Part shown: positions 29,617 to 38,889 of the stretch, in pieces
How the letters are laid out: each line of letters starts with the position of its first letter
How positions within the stretch are numbered: position 1 is the stretch's first letter
Made by a program: the position numbers and the translations under genes
Source of the DNA: Bacteroidales bacterium
Lineage (GTDB): Bacteria > Bacteroidota > Bacteroidia > Bacteroidales > JAGOPY01
Assembly (NCBI GenBank): GCA_023229505.1
Contig: JALNZD010000018.1
Span: 9,089 to 73,088, forward strand
Length of the DNA: 64,000 nt
Reading direction: 5' to 3'
Notes under the pieces: model-generated
What the model was told of the DNA's origin: nothing
The model's database searches: none
The model's input: the letters and a program-made list of their open reading frames with translations, nothing else

Positions 29617-30774
29617 ATGGAACATCTTGGAATAGATGAAAGCGTATTGATCGGAAGAGGGGCAATCAATACCGCCAGGGAGATCGAGGGACAACCGGTA
29701 TTGTGGAAAAAGACCTGGCAGAAGATAGCCAATGAATCAGGGGACATCAGTTCATTTCTCGGAGAAACACTGCCTCAGGTGCAGCGTATTATTCTTACCG
29801 GGGCAGGTACCAGTGCATTTATCGGGTTGAGCCTCAAAGGTAAATTTCAGAAAGCATTTGGAAAGATTACCGAAGTAATTCCCACCACTGACCTGGTATC
29901 CAACCCCGAAGATTTCCTGATCAGGGACGTGCCAACCCTCATGGTTTCCTTTGCGCGTTCGGGTAACAGTCCGGAAAGCGTGGCTGCCGTCATGCTCGCT
30001 GATCAGCATGTCAGTAAATGCCATCATCTTTTCATCACCTGCGATCCCAGCGGGAAACTTGCCCGTCATGCAACCCGGCTGAAAAATCACCTCATCCTTA
30101 TGCCCGAAGAGGCTAATGATAAAAGTTTAGCCATGACAGGAAGCTATTCATCAATGCTCCTGACGGGCATATTAATAGCTGAAATTGATTTAATCCGGGA
30201 GAACGAACAAATTGTCAATACCTTATCAGAAATCAGCCGGCTTTTTATTACTTCAAAACTGGAAATAATTCGTAAAATAGCTGAAGCCGATTTCGACCGG
30301 GCCATTTTCCTTGGCTCCGGGCCTTTATATGGTGTGGCAACAGAGTCACATCTCAAACTTCAGGAACTTACTGATGGAAAAGTCATTTGCAAACACGAAT
30401 CCTTTCTTGGCTTCCGGCACGGACCAAAAGCCGTCACTAACAATAAAGCACTTATCATTTACCTGCTTTCAAACAATAGTTACGTCAGAAAATATGAAAT
30501 CGACCTGATACAGTCCATGGCCAAAGGGCAGCAGGCCCTTATGGAAGCCGGGGTCAGTGAAACACGTTTTAATGAGCTTCCTTTGGATCATTTCTTATAT
30601 TTTTCCGAAGATGAAGTTAAACTTACTGATGAGTATTTCTGCATGGCAAGTATATTACCGGCGCAGCTAATTGGTTTTTTTAAATCCTGGAACCTCGGTC
30701 TGAGCCCTGATGCCCCATCAACAAGCGGCGCTATTTCACGGGTTGTTGAAGGGGTGAAGATCTATGGCATATAG
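29617..30774 (+). CDS. agaS: Galactosamine-6-phosphate deaminase/isomerase (tagatose-6-P forming), double SIS domain
   Basis: Collinear with remembered E. coli AgaS: ILTGAGTSAFIG, PTTDLVSNPEDF, SFARSGNSPESVAAV, FRHGPKAV, SPDAPSTSGAISRVVEGV. Confidence 0.9.
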   Translation: MEHLGIDESVLIGRGAINTAREIEGQPVLWKKTWQKIANESGDISSFLGETLPQVQRIILTGAGTSAFIGLSLKGKFQKAFGKITEVIPTTDLVSNPEDFLIRDVPTLMVSFARSGNSPESVAAVMLADQHVSKCHHLFITCDPSGKLARHATRLKNHLILMPEEANDKSLAMTGSYSSMLLTGILIAEIDLIRENEQIVNTLSEISRLFITSKLEIIRKIAEADFDRAIFLGSGPLYGVATESHLKLQELTDGKVICKHESFLGFRHGPKAVTNNKALIIYLLSNNSYVRKYEIDLIQSMAKGQQALMEAGVSETRFNELPLDHFLYFSEDEVKLTDEYFCMASILPAQLIGFFKSWNLGLSPDAPSTSGAISRVVEGVKIYGI

Positions 30775-30836
30775 AATTAAAAATTGAAAATTGAAAATTG
30801 AAAATTGAAAATTGAAAACTCAGAACTCAGAACTCC
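30774..30836. repeat. Micro-array 9 x 7 nt (GAATTAA, AAATTGA x5, AAACTCA, GAACTCA, GAACTCC)
   Basis: Direct reading. It begins at the last base of the agaS stop codon and ends 13 nt before the agaZ ATG. Confidence 0.95.
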
Positions 30837-30849
30837 AAAGATTGAAAAC

Positions 30850-32103
30850 ATGAGTGCTGGCGAAATACATGGTGAAGTGCCGCTAATGGAGCAGATTCTG
30901 CTCAGGATAAAAGACCTGGAAAAAGAAACGGGTATTAAAAGAACGATTTTAGCTGCTTGTCCGAATTCCCGCGCTGTGATCAAAGCTGCACTGCGTTCAG
31001 CCAAGCGGTGCAACGCTCCCGTCAAATTTTCCGCAACCCTCAACCAGGTCGATCTGGATGGCGGATATACCGGGTTCACACAACAGGAATTTGTCAACTT
31101 CATCCGGCAGGAAGCCCTGGTCATCAACCTCACAGGTCCGGTGATCATAGCCATCGATCACGGCGGGCCCTGGCTGAAAGATAGCCAGCGTCAGGGAAGA
31201 TGGCCGTACGATGCAGCAATGGCAGCCATTAAAGAATCTTTCGAAGCCGCAATCGATGCGGGTTACCATCTTATACATGTCGATCCGACGATTGATATTA
31301 ACCTGCATGATAATGAAATAATCAGCATTGAGGTGGTCGCCCAAAGAACTGTCGAGCTGATCGCCCATGCAGAGAATTATCGCCGCAGGAGACATTTGCC
31401 CCGTATCTCCTATGAAGTAGGAACAGAGGAAGTCCATGGCGGCCTGGCTAACATGAAAACTTTTACACGTTTCCTCCGGCTCTTGAAAGAAGGTTTATAT
31501 GAGAAAGCGTTTAACGATACCTGGCCCTGCTTTATCGTCGGAAAAGTCGGGACAGACCTTCATACTACCTTATTCGATCATGAGGTGGCATGGACCCTGG
31601 CTAAGATCGCAGCCGATTATAACAGTTACATAAAAGGGCATTATACAGACAATGTCGAAAACCCGGAAGATTATCCGGAATCGGGAATGGGCGCGGCAAA
31701 CGTAGGTCCTGAATTCACCGAACGGGAATATGACGGGCTGATGGAGCTGGAAGCTTTAGAAGAAAATCTGATCAGGCAGGATAAAATAAAAGATGCAGGA
31801 CAAATAAAAAAAACTTTGCGGGAAGCAGTTATCGCATCCGGGAGATGGAAAAAATGGCTCCAGGCAGGTGAAAACCAGGAAGATTTTAACTCGCTTGATC
31901 CCGGAAGGCAGGAATGGCTTATCAAGACGGGTTGCCGGTATATCTGGGAAAACCCGGAAGTAGTATCTGCCAGGGAAAAATTATATCTGAACCTGAAAAA
32001 ATCCGGCATTGACGGTGAAGAAATTGTCCTTTCCCATATCGAACATGCAATGGAAAAGTATTTCTTTAAGTTTAACCTTTTCGACCTGAATAAGTACCTT
32101 TAA
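30850..32103 (+). CDS. agaZ: Tagatose-bisphosphate aldolase non-catalytic subunit, GatZ/KbaZ/AgaZ family
   Basis: ACPNSRAVIKAALRSAKRCNAPVKFSATLNQVDLDGGYTGFTQQEF, IDHGGPW, YEVGTEEVHGG. The track start 30805 is a TTG inside the tandem array. The first ATG is at 30850 (MSAGEIHG...). Confidence 0.85.
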   Translation: MSAGEIHGEVPLMEQILLRIKDLEKETGIKRTILAACPNSRAVIKAALRSAKRCNAPVKFSATLNQVDLDGGYTGFTQQEFVNFIRQEALVINLTGPVIIAIDHGGPWLKDSQRQGRWPYDAAMAAIKESFEAAIDAGYHLIHVDPTIDINLHDNEIISIEVVAQRTVELIAHAENYRRRRHLPRISYEVGTEEVHGGLANMKTFTRFLRLLKEGLYEKAFNDTWPCFIVGKVGTDLHTTLFDHEVAWTLAKIAADYNSYIKGHYTDNVENPEDYPESGMGAANVGPEFTEREYDGLMELEALEENLIRQDKIKDAGQIKKTLREAVIASGRWKKWLQAGENQEDFNSLDPGRQEWLIKTGCRYIWENPEVVSAREKLYLNLKKSGIDGEEIVLSHIEHAMEKYFFKFNLFDLNKYL

Positions 32104-32123
32104 GGTGCTTAATCCCAAAAAAT

Positions 32124-33089
32124 ATGAACCTTCTACAAGAATCAGCATGCGAATTTAACGTCCTTGTCGCAGGAGAGCTAAACATCGACCTGATTTTCAA
32201 TAATATCGAAATGTTCCCTGAAACAGGCAAAGAAGTCCTTGCCGGCCAGATGGTATTGACCCTCGGCAGCAGCTCAGCTATTTTCGCCAGCAACCTGAGT
32301 TCGATGGGTTCAAAGGTCGCTTTTGCAGGTATGATCGGACGGGATATTTTCGGTGAACTTGTTTTGAAGTCTTTGGAAGAAAAAAGAGTAAATACGCGTT
32401 TCCTGCTGAAGTGTTCTGAATTGAACACAGGAGCTACGGTGGTGATAAACCAGGAGGAAGACCGGGCCATGCTCACTTATCCCGGTGCGATGAATGATTT
32501 GTCGGCAGATGATATTTCTGATGAAATGCTCGCTTCCGCAGGCCATTTGCATGTCAGCTCGATATTTCTCCAGCCAGGTTTACGGAAAGGAATAATTGGG
32601 CTGATGCAAAGAGCAAAAAGATCAGGCCTCACAACTTCCCTCGACACCCAATGGGACCCGGAGGAAAAATGGGGGCTACCATTGGAAGAGCTGCTGCCAC
32701 TGGTTGACGTATTCCTGCCCAATATGCAGGAATTCCTGAATCTGAGTCGTTCGGCCGCCCTGACAGAAGGTATTGAAAAAATGGCTTCCCGTTTAAATAT
32801 CTTAGTGGTGAAAGATGGCAGTAACGGTGCCTATCTTTGGCATAAAGGCCATTTGGTGAACCGGCCCGCTTTCCTGAACCCGGATGTGGCAGATTGCATC
32901 GGTGCAGGGGATAGCTTCGATGCCGGTTTCATTCACTGTTTTATCCATGGGGACCCTTTGGAAGATTGTCTCCGGTATGCTACGCTTATGGGGGCTATTA
33001 ACACAACAAAACCGGGCGGGACAACTGCTTTTACAGATAAGCAGGCTATCCGGCAGATTGCCCGTGATCGCTTTAATATGGAGATATAG
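32124..33089 (+). CDS. PfkB-family carbohydrate kinase (tagatose-6-phosphate kinase candidate)
   Basis: 321 aa with a ribokinase/PfkB signature (DCIGAGDSFDAGFI near the C-terminus). Sits between agaZ and agaY. Confidence 0.8.
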   Translation: MNLLQESACEFNVLVAGELNIDLIFNNIEMFPETGKEVLAGQMVLTLGSSSAIFASNLSSMGSKVAFAGMIGRDIFGELVLKSLEEKRVNTRFLLKCSELNTGATVVINQEEDRAMLTYPGAMNDLSADDISDEMLASAGHLHVSSIFLQPGLRKGIIGLMQRAKRSGLTTSLDTQWDPEEKWGLPLEELLPLVDVFLPNMQEFLNLSRSAALTEGIEKMASRLNILVVKDGSNGAYLWHKGHLVNRPAFLNPDVADCIGAGDSFDAGFIHCFIHGDPLEDCLRYATLMGAINTTKPGGTTAFTDKQAIRQIARDRFNMEI

Positions 33090-33093
33090 ACTG

Positions 33094-33909
33094 ATGAAAT
33101 TACAGGACAAACTGCAATCTTTGAGCCAGGAAAGGAAAGCCATCCTGGCCGTAAACTTTTATAATTTTGAGACCCTCAGCGGCATTTTGCGGGCAGCTGC
33201 AAAAGTCAATCAACCCATTATCCTGCAGGTATCAGAGAGCACCATCCGTTACCTGGGTTTAAAAATAGCAAATTCGCTGGCCCGCACAGCCCTGGCCGAT
33301 TACGGGGTGACCGGCTGGTTGCACCTTGACCATGGCAGTTCGCCGGAAATCGCACGCAAATGTCTTGAAGCGGGCTTTGATTCGGTAATGATCGATGCCA
33401 GTGAAAAGCCATTTAATGAAAATGTCAGGATCACCCGGCAGGTCGTTGAGATGTCATCTCAATTTGATGCCAGCGTAGAAGCAGAATTAGGCTATGTTGC
33501 CAAGCTTGGCCAGTCGCAGGGAGATAGCAAATATACGCAACCCTCGGAAGCCAGCCGATTCGTTGAGCTGACCGGCGTAAACGCACTGGCGGTGGCTATT
33601 GGCACGGCTCACGGTTTCTACAAATCAGCGCCTGAGCTTCAGATCGCACTACTCAAACAGATCCGGCAGGCAACACCTGCTGCCCTGGTTCTGCATGGCA
33701 GCTCCGGGATACCGGACGAAATGCTCCGGGAGGCCATCCATGCCGGCATCTCCAAAGTGAACCTTGCTACGGAATCAAAAAATATCTTCATGAAAACTTT
33801 GAAAAATGAACTCAGGCAAACTGATGAGATAGACCTCCGTAAAGTATTCCCCGTGGCCATCGAGGCGGTGACAAACCTTATCGGTCAAAAAATTAAAGTT
33901 GTTTATTAA
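33094..33909 (+). CDS. agaY: Class II tagatose-1,6-bisphosphate aldolase catalytic subunit
   Basis: The ATG at 33094 gives MKLQDKLQSLSQERKAILAVNFYN... LHLDHG, VEAELG, LAVAIGTAHG and LVLHGSSG match KbaY/GatY. The upstream part of the track ORF overlaps pfkB. Confidence 0.9.
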   Translation: MKLQDKLQSLSQERKAILAVNFYNFETLSGILRAAAKVNQPIILQVSESTIRYLGLKIANSLARTALADYGVTGWLHLDHGSSPEIARKCLEAGFDSVMIDASEKPFNENVRITRQVVEMSSQFDASVEAELGYVAKLGQSQGDSKYTQPSEASRFVELTGVNALAVAIGTAHGFYKSAPELQIALLKQIRQATPAALVLHGSSGIPDEMLREAIHAGISKVNLATESKNIFMKTLKNELRQTDEIDLRKVFPVAIEAVTNLIGQKIKVVY

Positions 33910-33912
33910 TCA

Positions 33913-35013
33913 ATGTTTGAAATTATGAAATTTACATATTTTCCCACTCTCCTTGTATGCTTCATTACCCTGGCAGGATCGGCCCAGAACCCAGACACAT
34001 TGCGCCTGAAGAACTTCCGGCCTGTTTCGATCTATAATATTCCCATTACCAAAGTTGACCAGGCCCGCTTCCCGGTTATCGATATGCACTCCCACGATTA
34101 TGCAAAGACCGACCAGGACATTCAGACCTGGATCAATAACATGGATAAATTCGGTATTGAAAAGACCATCATCCTTTCCTGTCAAACCGGCCCGGCTTTC
34201 GATTCAGTTTTAGCCAAATATGCGGCTTATGGCGACAGGTTTGAAGTATGGTGCGGGTTTGATTATACCGGTTATAACAGCTCCGACTGGCCGGTCAATG
34301 CATTGAAAGAACTGGAGCGGTGTCATAAACTAGGGGCGAAAGGCATCGGTGAATTGGGTGACAAGGGATTGGGACTCGTATATTCCAAGCCTACCCCGGC
34401 TTATGGCATGCATATCGACGATCCAAGGATGAAACCCCTCCTGCAAAGATGCGGTGAATTGGGAATACCCATCAATATTCATATTGCCGAACCTTACTGG
34501 ATGTACCTCCCGGCTGATTCAACCAATGATGGATTAATGAACGCCTGGACCTGGAAAATAGACCTTACCAAAGAGGGTATCCTCGATCATGGTGAAATGA
34601 TCACGACACTGGAGAATGCTGTCAGGGATAATCCCAAAACGACATTCATCGCATGTCATTTTGCCAACTGCTGCTATAACCTTGAAATCCTTGGGAGATT
34701 GCTTGATCAATACCCAAATCTTTTTGCAGATATCTCTGCCCGTTATGCTGAAACTGCGACCATCCCCCGATATATGGCTGCTTTTTATGACAAATACCAG
34801 GATCGCCTGCTTTATGGAACCGATATGGGTTTTGAAGATGCGATGTATGAAACTACCTTCAGGGTCCTGCAAACCCCGGATGAACATTTTTACAGGACGG
34901 AGCAATTCAACTATCATTGGGCCCTTAACGGGTTTGACCTGGATGACGAAATCCTGCAGAAATTATATAAAACAAATGCCGTTATAGTCATGAAACAAGC
35001 GGCTAAGAAATAA
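33913..35013 (+). CDS. Secreted metal-dependent amidohydrolase (TIM-barrel, Amidohydro_2-like)
   Basis: Signal peptide, then FPVIDMHSHDY. Later NIHIAEP and ACHFAN motifs, and LYGTDMG. Confidence 0.7.
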   Translation: MFEIMKFTYFPTLLVCFITLAGSAQNPDTLRLKNFRPVSIYNIPITKVDQARFPVIDMHSHDYAKTDQDIQTWINNMDKFGIEKTIILSCQTGPAFDSVLAKYAAYGDRFEVWCGFDYTGYNSSDWPVNALKELERCHKLGAKGIGELGDKGLGLVYSKPTPAYGMHIDDPRMKPLLQRCGELGIPINIHIAEPYWMYLPADSTNDGLMNAWTWKIDLTKEGILDHGEMITTLENAVRDNPKTTFIACHFANCCYNLEILGRLLDQYPNLFADISARYAETATIPRYMAAFYDKYQDRLLYGTDMGFEDAMYETTFRVLQTPDEHFYRTEQFNYHWALNGFDLDDEILQKLYKTNAVIVMKQAAKK

Positions 35014-35032
35014 TTAAAGGAAAAATGAAAAG

Positions 35033-37096
35033 ATGAAAAAGACAGCTATTTTATTTTTTACTATCATTTCGGCAATCGCGCTTTTATTCCCGGGTTGCAA
35101 ACCGAAAGAAATAAAGATTGTTTCCGGGAATCTTGAAATAACCATCGACAATAAGATGAAAAGCGCTGTCAACAGCACCTTTCCCGGAGCCGAACCTTTC
35201 ATGGATCAGCCTCAGCCTTCGGAATATCTTGTGACAAAGCATTTAACGATGTTAGATTTTGCATTGACCTCCTTTAAAGAAGAGGAAAATTCAGACAGTA
35301 TCGGAAAGGGGAAAAAGTTCATTGTAACCGGAACGTTTGAAAAAGATGACTATTCACTGGAAAAACAGGTTATTATAAGGATTTATAATGGATTTCCAGG
35401 TATGGCTGTTTATAACGTCCGGTACCGGAATACCGGAAACAGGGAAATACAGGTAAGGCAATGGATTAATAACCATTATGAGATATTATCACCCAACGAC
35501 CAGCCGCGTTTCTGGTCATTCCAGGGAGGGACCACTAATGAGAGAAAAGACTGGGTCTTACCCATTGATAAAGGTTTTTACCAGCGGAATTACCTCGGCA
35601 TGACCAGCTCGGATTATGGCGGTGGCATACCTGTAACGGATATCTGGCGAAAAGACGCCGGTATCGCAATTGGCCATACTGAATTAGTTCCCAGGGAACT
35701 CTCCTTACCCGCAGATATGGATAAATACTCGGAATCCATTGAGATCGGCGTGGAATATGAATATCCTGGTGGATTAACCCTGGCAGAAAATGATATTCTG
35801 ACAACAGATGAGACCTTCGTCATGGTTCATCAGAAAGACTATTTTTCATCCCTCCAGCTTTTCACCAGGTTCATGAAGGCAAAAGGAATCCGGTTTGCAG
35901 AAACTGAAGAAGACGCGTACGGGTCGATGTGGTGTGCCTGGGGGTATGAAAGAAATTTTACCCTTGATGAGATAATCGGTACTTTGTCGAAAGTTAAAGA
36001 ATTGGGGATCAGATGGGTAGGTATTGATGATGGTTTTCAGATTGCAGAAGGGGACTGGAACCTTGACCCAAAAAAGTTTCCGAATGGAGACATTGACATG
36101 AGGCGACTGGTGGATCAGATCCATGCCCAGGGCCTGAAAGCCATGATCTGGTGGTCGCCGCTTGCTGCCGATCCGGGAAGCCGCATCCTCCGGGAAGATC
36201 CTGATGTATTGCTTTATAATGAAGACTGGTCACCGCGTTACATTACCTGGTGGGATGCCTGGCTGATGTCACCGGCGTATGAAGGGACCAGGAAACATAC
36301 CCGTGAGGTATTAGACATGTTCCTGAAAACCTGGGATTTCGATGGCATCAAGATCGATGGGCAGCATGTCAATGCCGTCCCTGCCGACTATCAACCGGAT
36401 CATGGACTGGAAAACCCGGAGCAGTGTATTGAAAAACTTCCGGAATTCTTCAGCATGGTACTTCATCATGCCCGTGAAATTAAGCCAAATGCTGTCATTG
36501 AGATTTGTCCATGCGGATGTTGCATGTCGTTCCACCTGATGCCATACCTGAACCAGGCAGTTTCTTCCGATCCGAAAAGCAGCTGGCAGGTCAGGCTAAA
36601 AGGCAAGACTTACAAGGCGATAATCGGCCAGACCGCTTATTACGGTGACCACGTTGAATTGATGGATAACGCGAATGATTTTGCAACGCAGATGGGGATT
36701 GGGGCCGTGATGGGCACAAAATTTACCTGGCCTGAGGATAATCCGAAAGCGAGCGCCAGCTATCTGCTTACAGCAGAAAAAGAAGAGATATGGAAGAAAT
36801 GGTTTGGCTTGTATAATCAGAAAATGCTACCGACGGGAAATTATCTTGGCGGGCTTTATGATATTGGATATGATAAGCCGGAAGGTCACGTGATCCAAAA
36901 AGGCGATACGATTTTCTATGCTTTCTATAGTCCGGATTGGAATGGGAGCATTGAACTGAGGGGACTGGATGCGGGCGGGCAGTACAGGGTGATTGACTAC
37001 GTCAATTCTATCGATCTTGGCATGGTTAAAGGGAGTAAACCAATTATAGATATTGGCTTTAAGCAATATTTATTATTGGAGGTTTATCCCGAATAA
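35033..37096 (+). CDS. Alpha-galactosidase-like glycoside hydrolase (clan GH-D, GH36/GH27-like); alpha-N-acetylgalactosaminidase is possible
   Basis: Lipoprotein-like N-terminus (LLFPGC). WVGIDDGFQIAEGDWNLDPKKFPNGDIDMRRLVDQIHAQGLKAMIWWSP and WDFDGIKIDGQH resemble melibiase-type catalytic motifs. Confidence 0.55.
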   Translation: MKKTAILFFTIISAIALLFPGCKPKEIKIVSGNLEITIDNKMKSAVNSTFPGAEPFMDQPQPSEYLVTKHLTMLDFALTSFKEEENSDSIGKGKKFIVTGTFEKDDYSLEKQVIIRIYNGFPGMAVYNVRYRNTGNREIQVRQWINNHYEILSPNDQPRFWSFQGGTTNERKDWVLPIDKGFYQRNYLGMTSSDYGGGIPVTDIWRKDAGIAIGHTELVPRELSLPADMDKYSESIEIGVEYEYPGGLTLAENDILTTDETFVMVHQKDYFSSLQLFTRFMKAKGIRFAETEEDAYGSMWCAWGYERNFTLDEIIGTLSKVKELGIRWVGIDDGFQIAEGDWNLDPKKFPNGDIDMRRLVDQIHAQGLKAMIWWSPLAADPGSRILREDPDVLLYNEDWSPRYITWWDAWLMSPAYEGTRKHTREVLDMFLKTWDFDGIKIDGQHVNAVPADYQPDHGLENPEQCIEKLPEFFSMVLHHAREIKPNAVIEICPCGCCMSFHLMPYLNQAVSSDPKSSWQVRLKGKTYKAIIGQTAYYGDHVELMDNANDFATQMGIGAVMGTKFTWPEDNPKASASYLLTAEKEEIWKKWFGLYNQKMLPTGNYLGGLYDIGYDKPEGHVIQKGDTIFYAFYSPDWNGSIELRGLDAGGQYRVIDYVNSIDLGMVKGSKPIIDIGFKQYLLLEVYPE

Positions 37097-37111
37097 TTTT
37101 AATTTTGAAGT

Positions 37112-38791
37112 ATGTATCTCAGTCACCTGGAAATAGATAATTTTCTTGGAATCAGGTCGGCCCGGATCGATTTCAATGAAACCACCGTATTGATCGGGGA
37201 GAATGATTCAGGAAAATCTGCCCTCCTTGAAGCCATTGATAAGGTGCTGGCTGTCAATAAGGAAGGAGGCAAGCTCCGGTTCTATCCACATGAGTTTCAT
37301 GTGGAAATGAGAGGCGGCACGTATGCTCCTACGGGCACCCTGCGCATTGCCCTCACTTTCAGGGAACGCCGGCCGGATGAGTGGTCTCTTCTCCAGGGCA
37401 ATGAAATGGGCGTTCTTATCCGGGATGACAAAAACGTCATCCAGGAGCTGACTGTTGAAGTCACAGCCCAGCCCGGTGAAAAAGCTTCTTTTCCGGAATG
37501 GGGTATCCGTATTCCGGGCACGGACACTTCAGGAATGAAGAATGATCAGACTATTCTCGACTGGATCCGGAGGATGAACCCGGTATTTCGCATCAGGAGC
37601 GGAATCCTGACAAGTATCCCTGAACAAAAAGCGCATGATACATCAACGACAGGTAGCGAACCTGAAAAAAAAGAGGAGTTTATCAACCGGATCAGCAAGC
37701 ACTTTGAAAACCTTTTACAAGGCACTGCCCCGGATGTCCATGCTGAACTTCGGGCCGGTTACCGCACTGCAATGAATTACCTCGAAGAAGCCTCCAGCCT
37801 TTTCCTGCCGGAAGGTTATTACGCACAAAGTATCATTGGCGATATTCTGGGAAAGCGTAGCTCTTCAGAGGGATTAATCGGAAGGGGTATTCATTATCAC
37901 CACGGGTCAGCAGCTGAAATGATCGGATTGCTACTGTTCACAAATGCCATGCTGCAATCAGGCACTTTGCTTGCTGATCCTGCCTCAGAACCTATTTTCA
38001 TCTTTGAAGATCCGGAAGCCAATCTCCATCCCATGACCCTTGAATCAGTCAGGTTGATGATCGAACGCCTCAAATGGCAAAAGATCATCACCACGCAATC
38101 AGGAGATTTCCTTTCAGGCTACTCCCTGCAGGATATCAGGCGCATTACGAGGCAGGCCGGTCATGTAAGGCAATGGAAGATTTCGCCCGGCAGCCTGGGT
38201 AACGAAGACTTGCGCCGGCTGAGCTATCACATCCGGATGCGGCGGGGTACGGCTACTTTCGCCCGTTGCTGGCTCCTGGTAGAAGGCGAATCGGAAGTGT
38301 GGCTCCTCCCCCATGTAGCACGCTTGTGCGGCTTCGAACTGGCGATGGAAGGCGTGGTGTGCATTGAATTTGCCCAGTGTGGTATCTCACCGCTTATTAA
38401 AGCGGCCAGGCAACTCGGGATAGAGTGGCACCTCCTGGCAGATGGCGACGCGGCAGGCAAAGCATATATCGATACGGCAAAACACTTTGCAAACCAGTCG
38501 AATGAGGATTATGCTAACAGCTTTACCGGGCTCAGGGATAAGGATATCGAGCATCATTTGTTTTTTAACGGTTACGCTGCCGTTTACCAGGAATACTCCG
38601 GTATTCCCATTAATTATGGGCAAAATATGCAGCCGCGCCGAATTATCGGGCGCGCCATCCACCGTAATTCAAAACCTTTCATGGCGATTGCCATCGTAGA
38701 AGCCATGGCACAGCCAGATTCCCCGGGGGTACCCCCTGTTCTCAGAAAATTAGTTGAAACCTGCGTTCGCCTGGCACAGGGAAGATCTTAA
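37112..38791 (+). CDS. OLD-family ATP-dependent endonuclease (ABC-type ATPase + TOPRIM), stand-alone, YbjD-like
   Basis: N-terminal MYLSHLEIDNFLGIRSARIDFNETTVLIGENDSGKSALLEAI (Walker A). FIFEDPEANLHP (Walker B/D-loop region). C-terminal TOPRIM with CWLLVEGESEVWLLP and LLADGDAAGKAY. Confidence 0.85.
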   Translation: MYLSHLEIDNFLGIRSARIDFNETTVLIGENDSGKSALLEAIDKVLAVNKEGGKLRFYPHEFHVEMRGGTYAPTGTLRIALTFRERRPDEWSLLQGNEMGVLIRDDKNVIQELTVEVTAQPGEKASFPEWGIRIPGTDTSGMKNDQTILDWIRRMNPVFRIRSGILTSIPEQKAHDTSTTGSEPEKKEEFINRISKHFENLLQGTAPDVHAELRAGYRTAMNYLEEASSLFLPEGYYAQSIIGDILGKRSSSEGLIGRGIHYHHGSAAEMIGLLLFTNAMLQSGTLLADPASEPIFIFEDPEANLHPMTLESVRLMIERLKWQKIITTQSGDFLSGYSLQDIRRITRQAGHVRQWKISPGSLGNEDLRRLSYHIRMRRGTATFARCWLLVEGESEVWLLPHVARLCGFELAMEGVVCIEFAQCGISPLIKAARQLGIEWHLLADGDAAGKAYIDTAKHFANQSNEDYANSFTGLRDKDIEHHLFFNGYAAVYQEYSGIPINYGQNMQPRRIIGRAIHRNSKPFMAIAIVEAMAQPDSPGVPPVLRKLVETCVRLAQGRS

Positions 38792-38889
38792 TAATTGCCA
38801 TTTCATTTTATTCCTTGGTTGCTGTCATTTTGTTTGTTATTTTTGAAACGCGTAAAGTTCTAACGAAGGAACCGGGTTATCAATAATCT

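Noticed and set aside
30805-30849. TTG-initiated extension of agaZ (MKIENSELRTPKIEN)
   Set aside because: It is encoded entirely by the heptamer array and starts at a TTG. The first ATG (30850) precedes the conserved AgaZ sequence.
32884-33093. 70-codon extension of the agaY ORF
   Set aside because: It overlaps the 3' end of the PfkB kinase gene. The aldolase homology begins at the ATG at 33094, 5 nt after the kinase stop.
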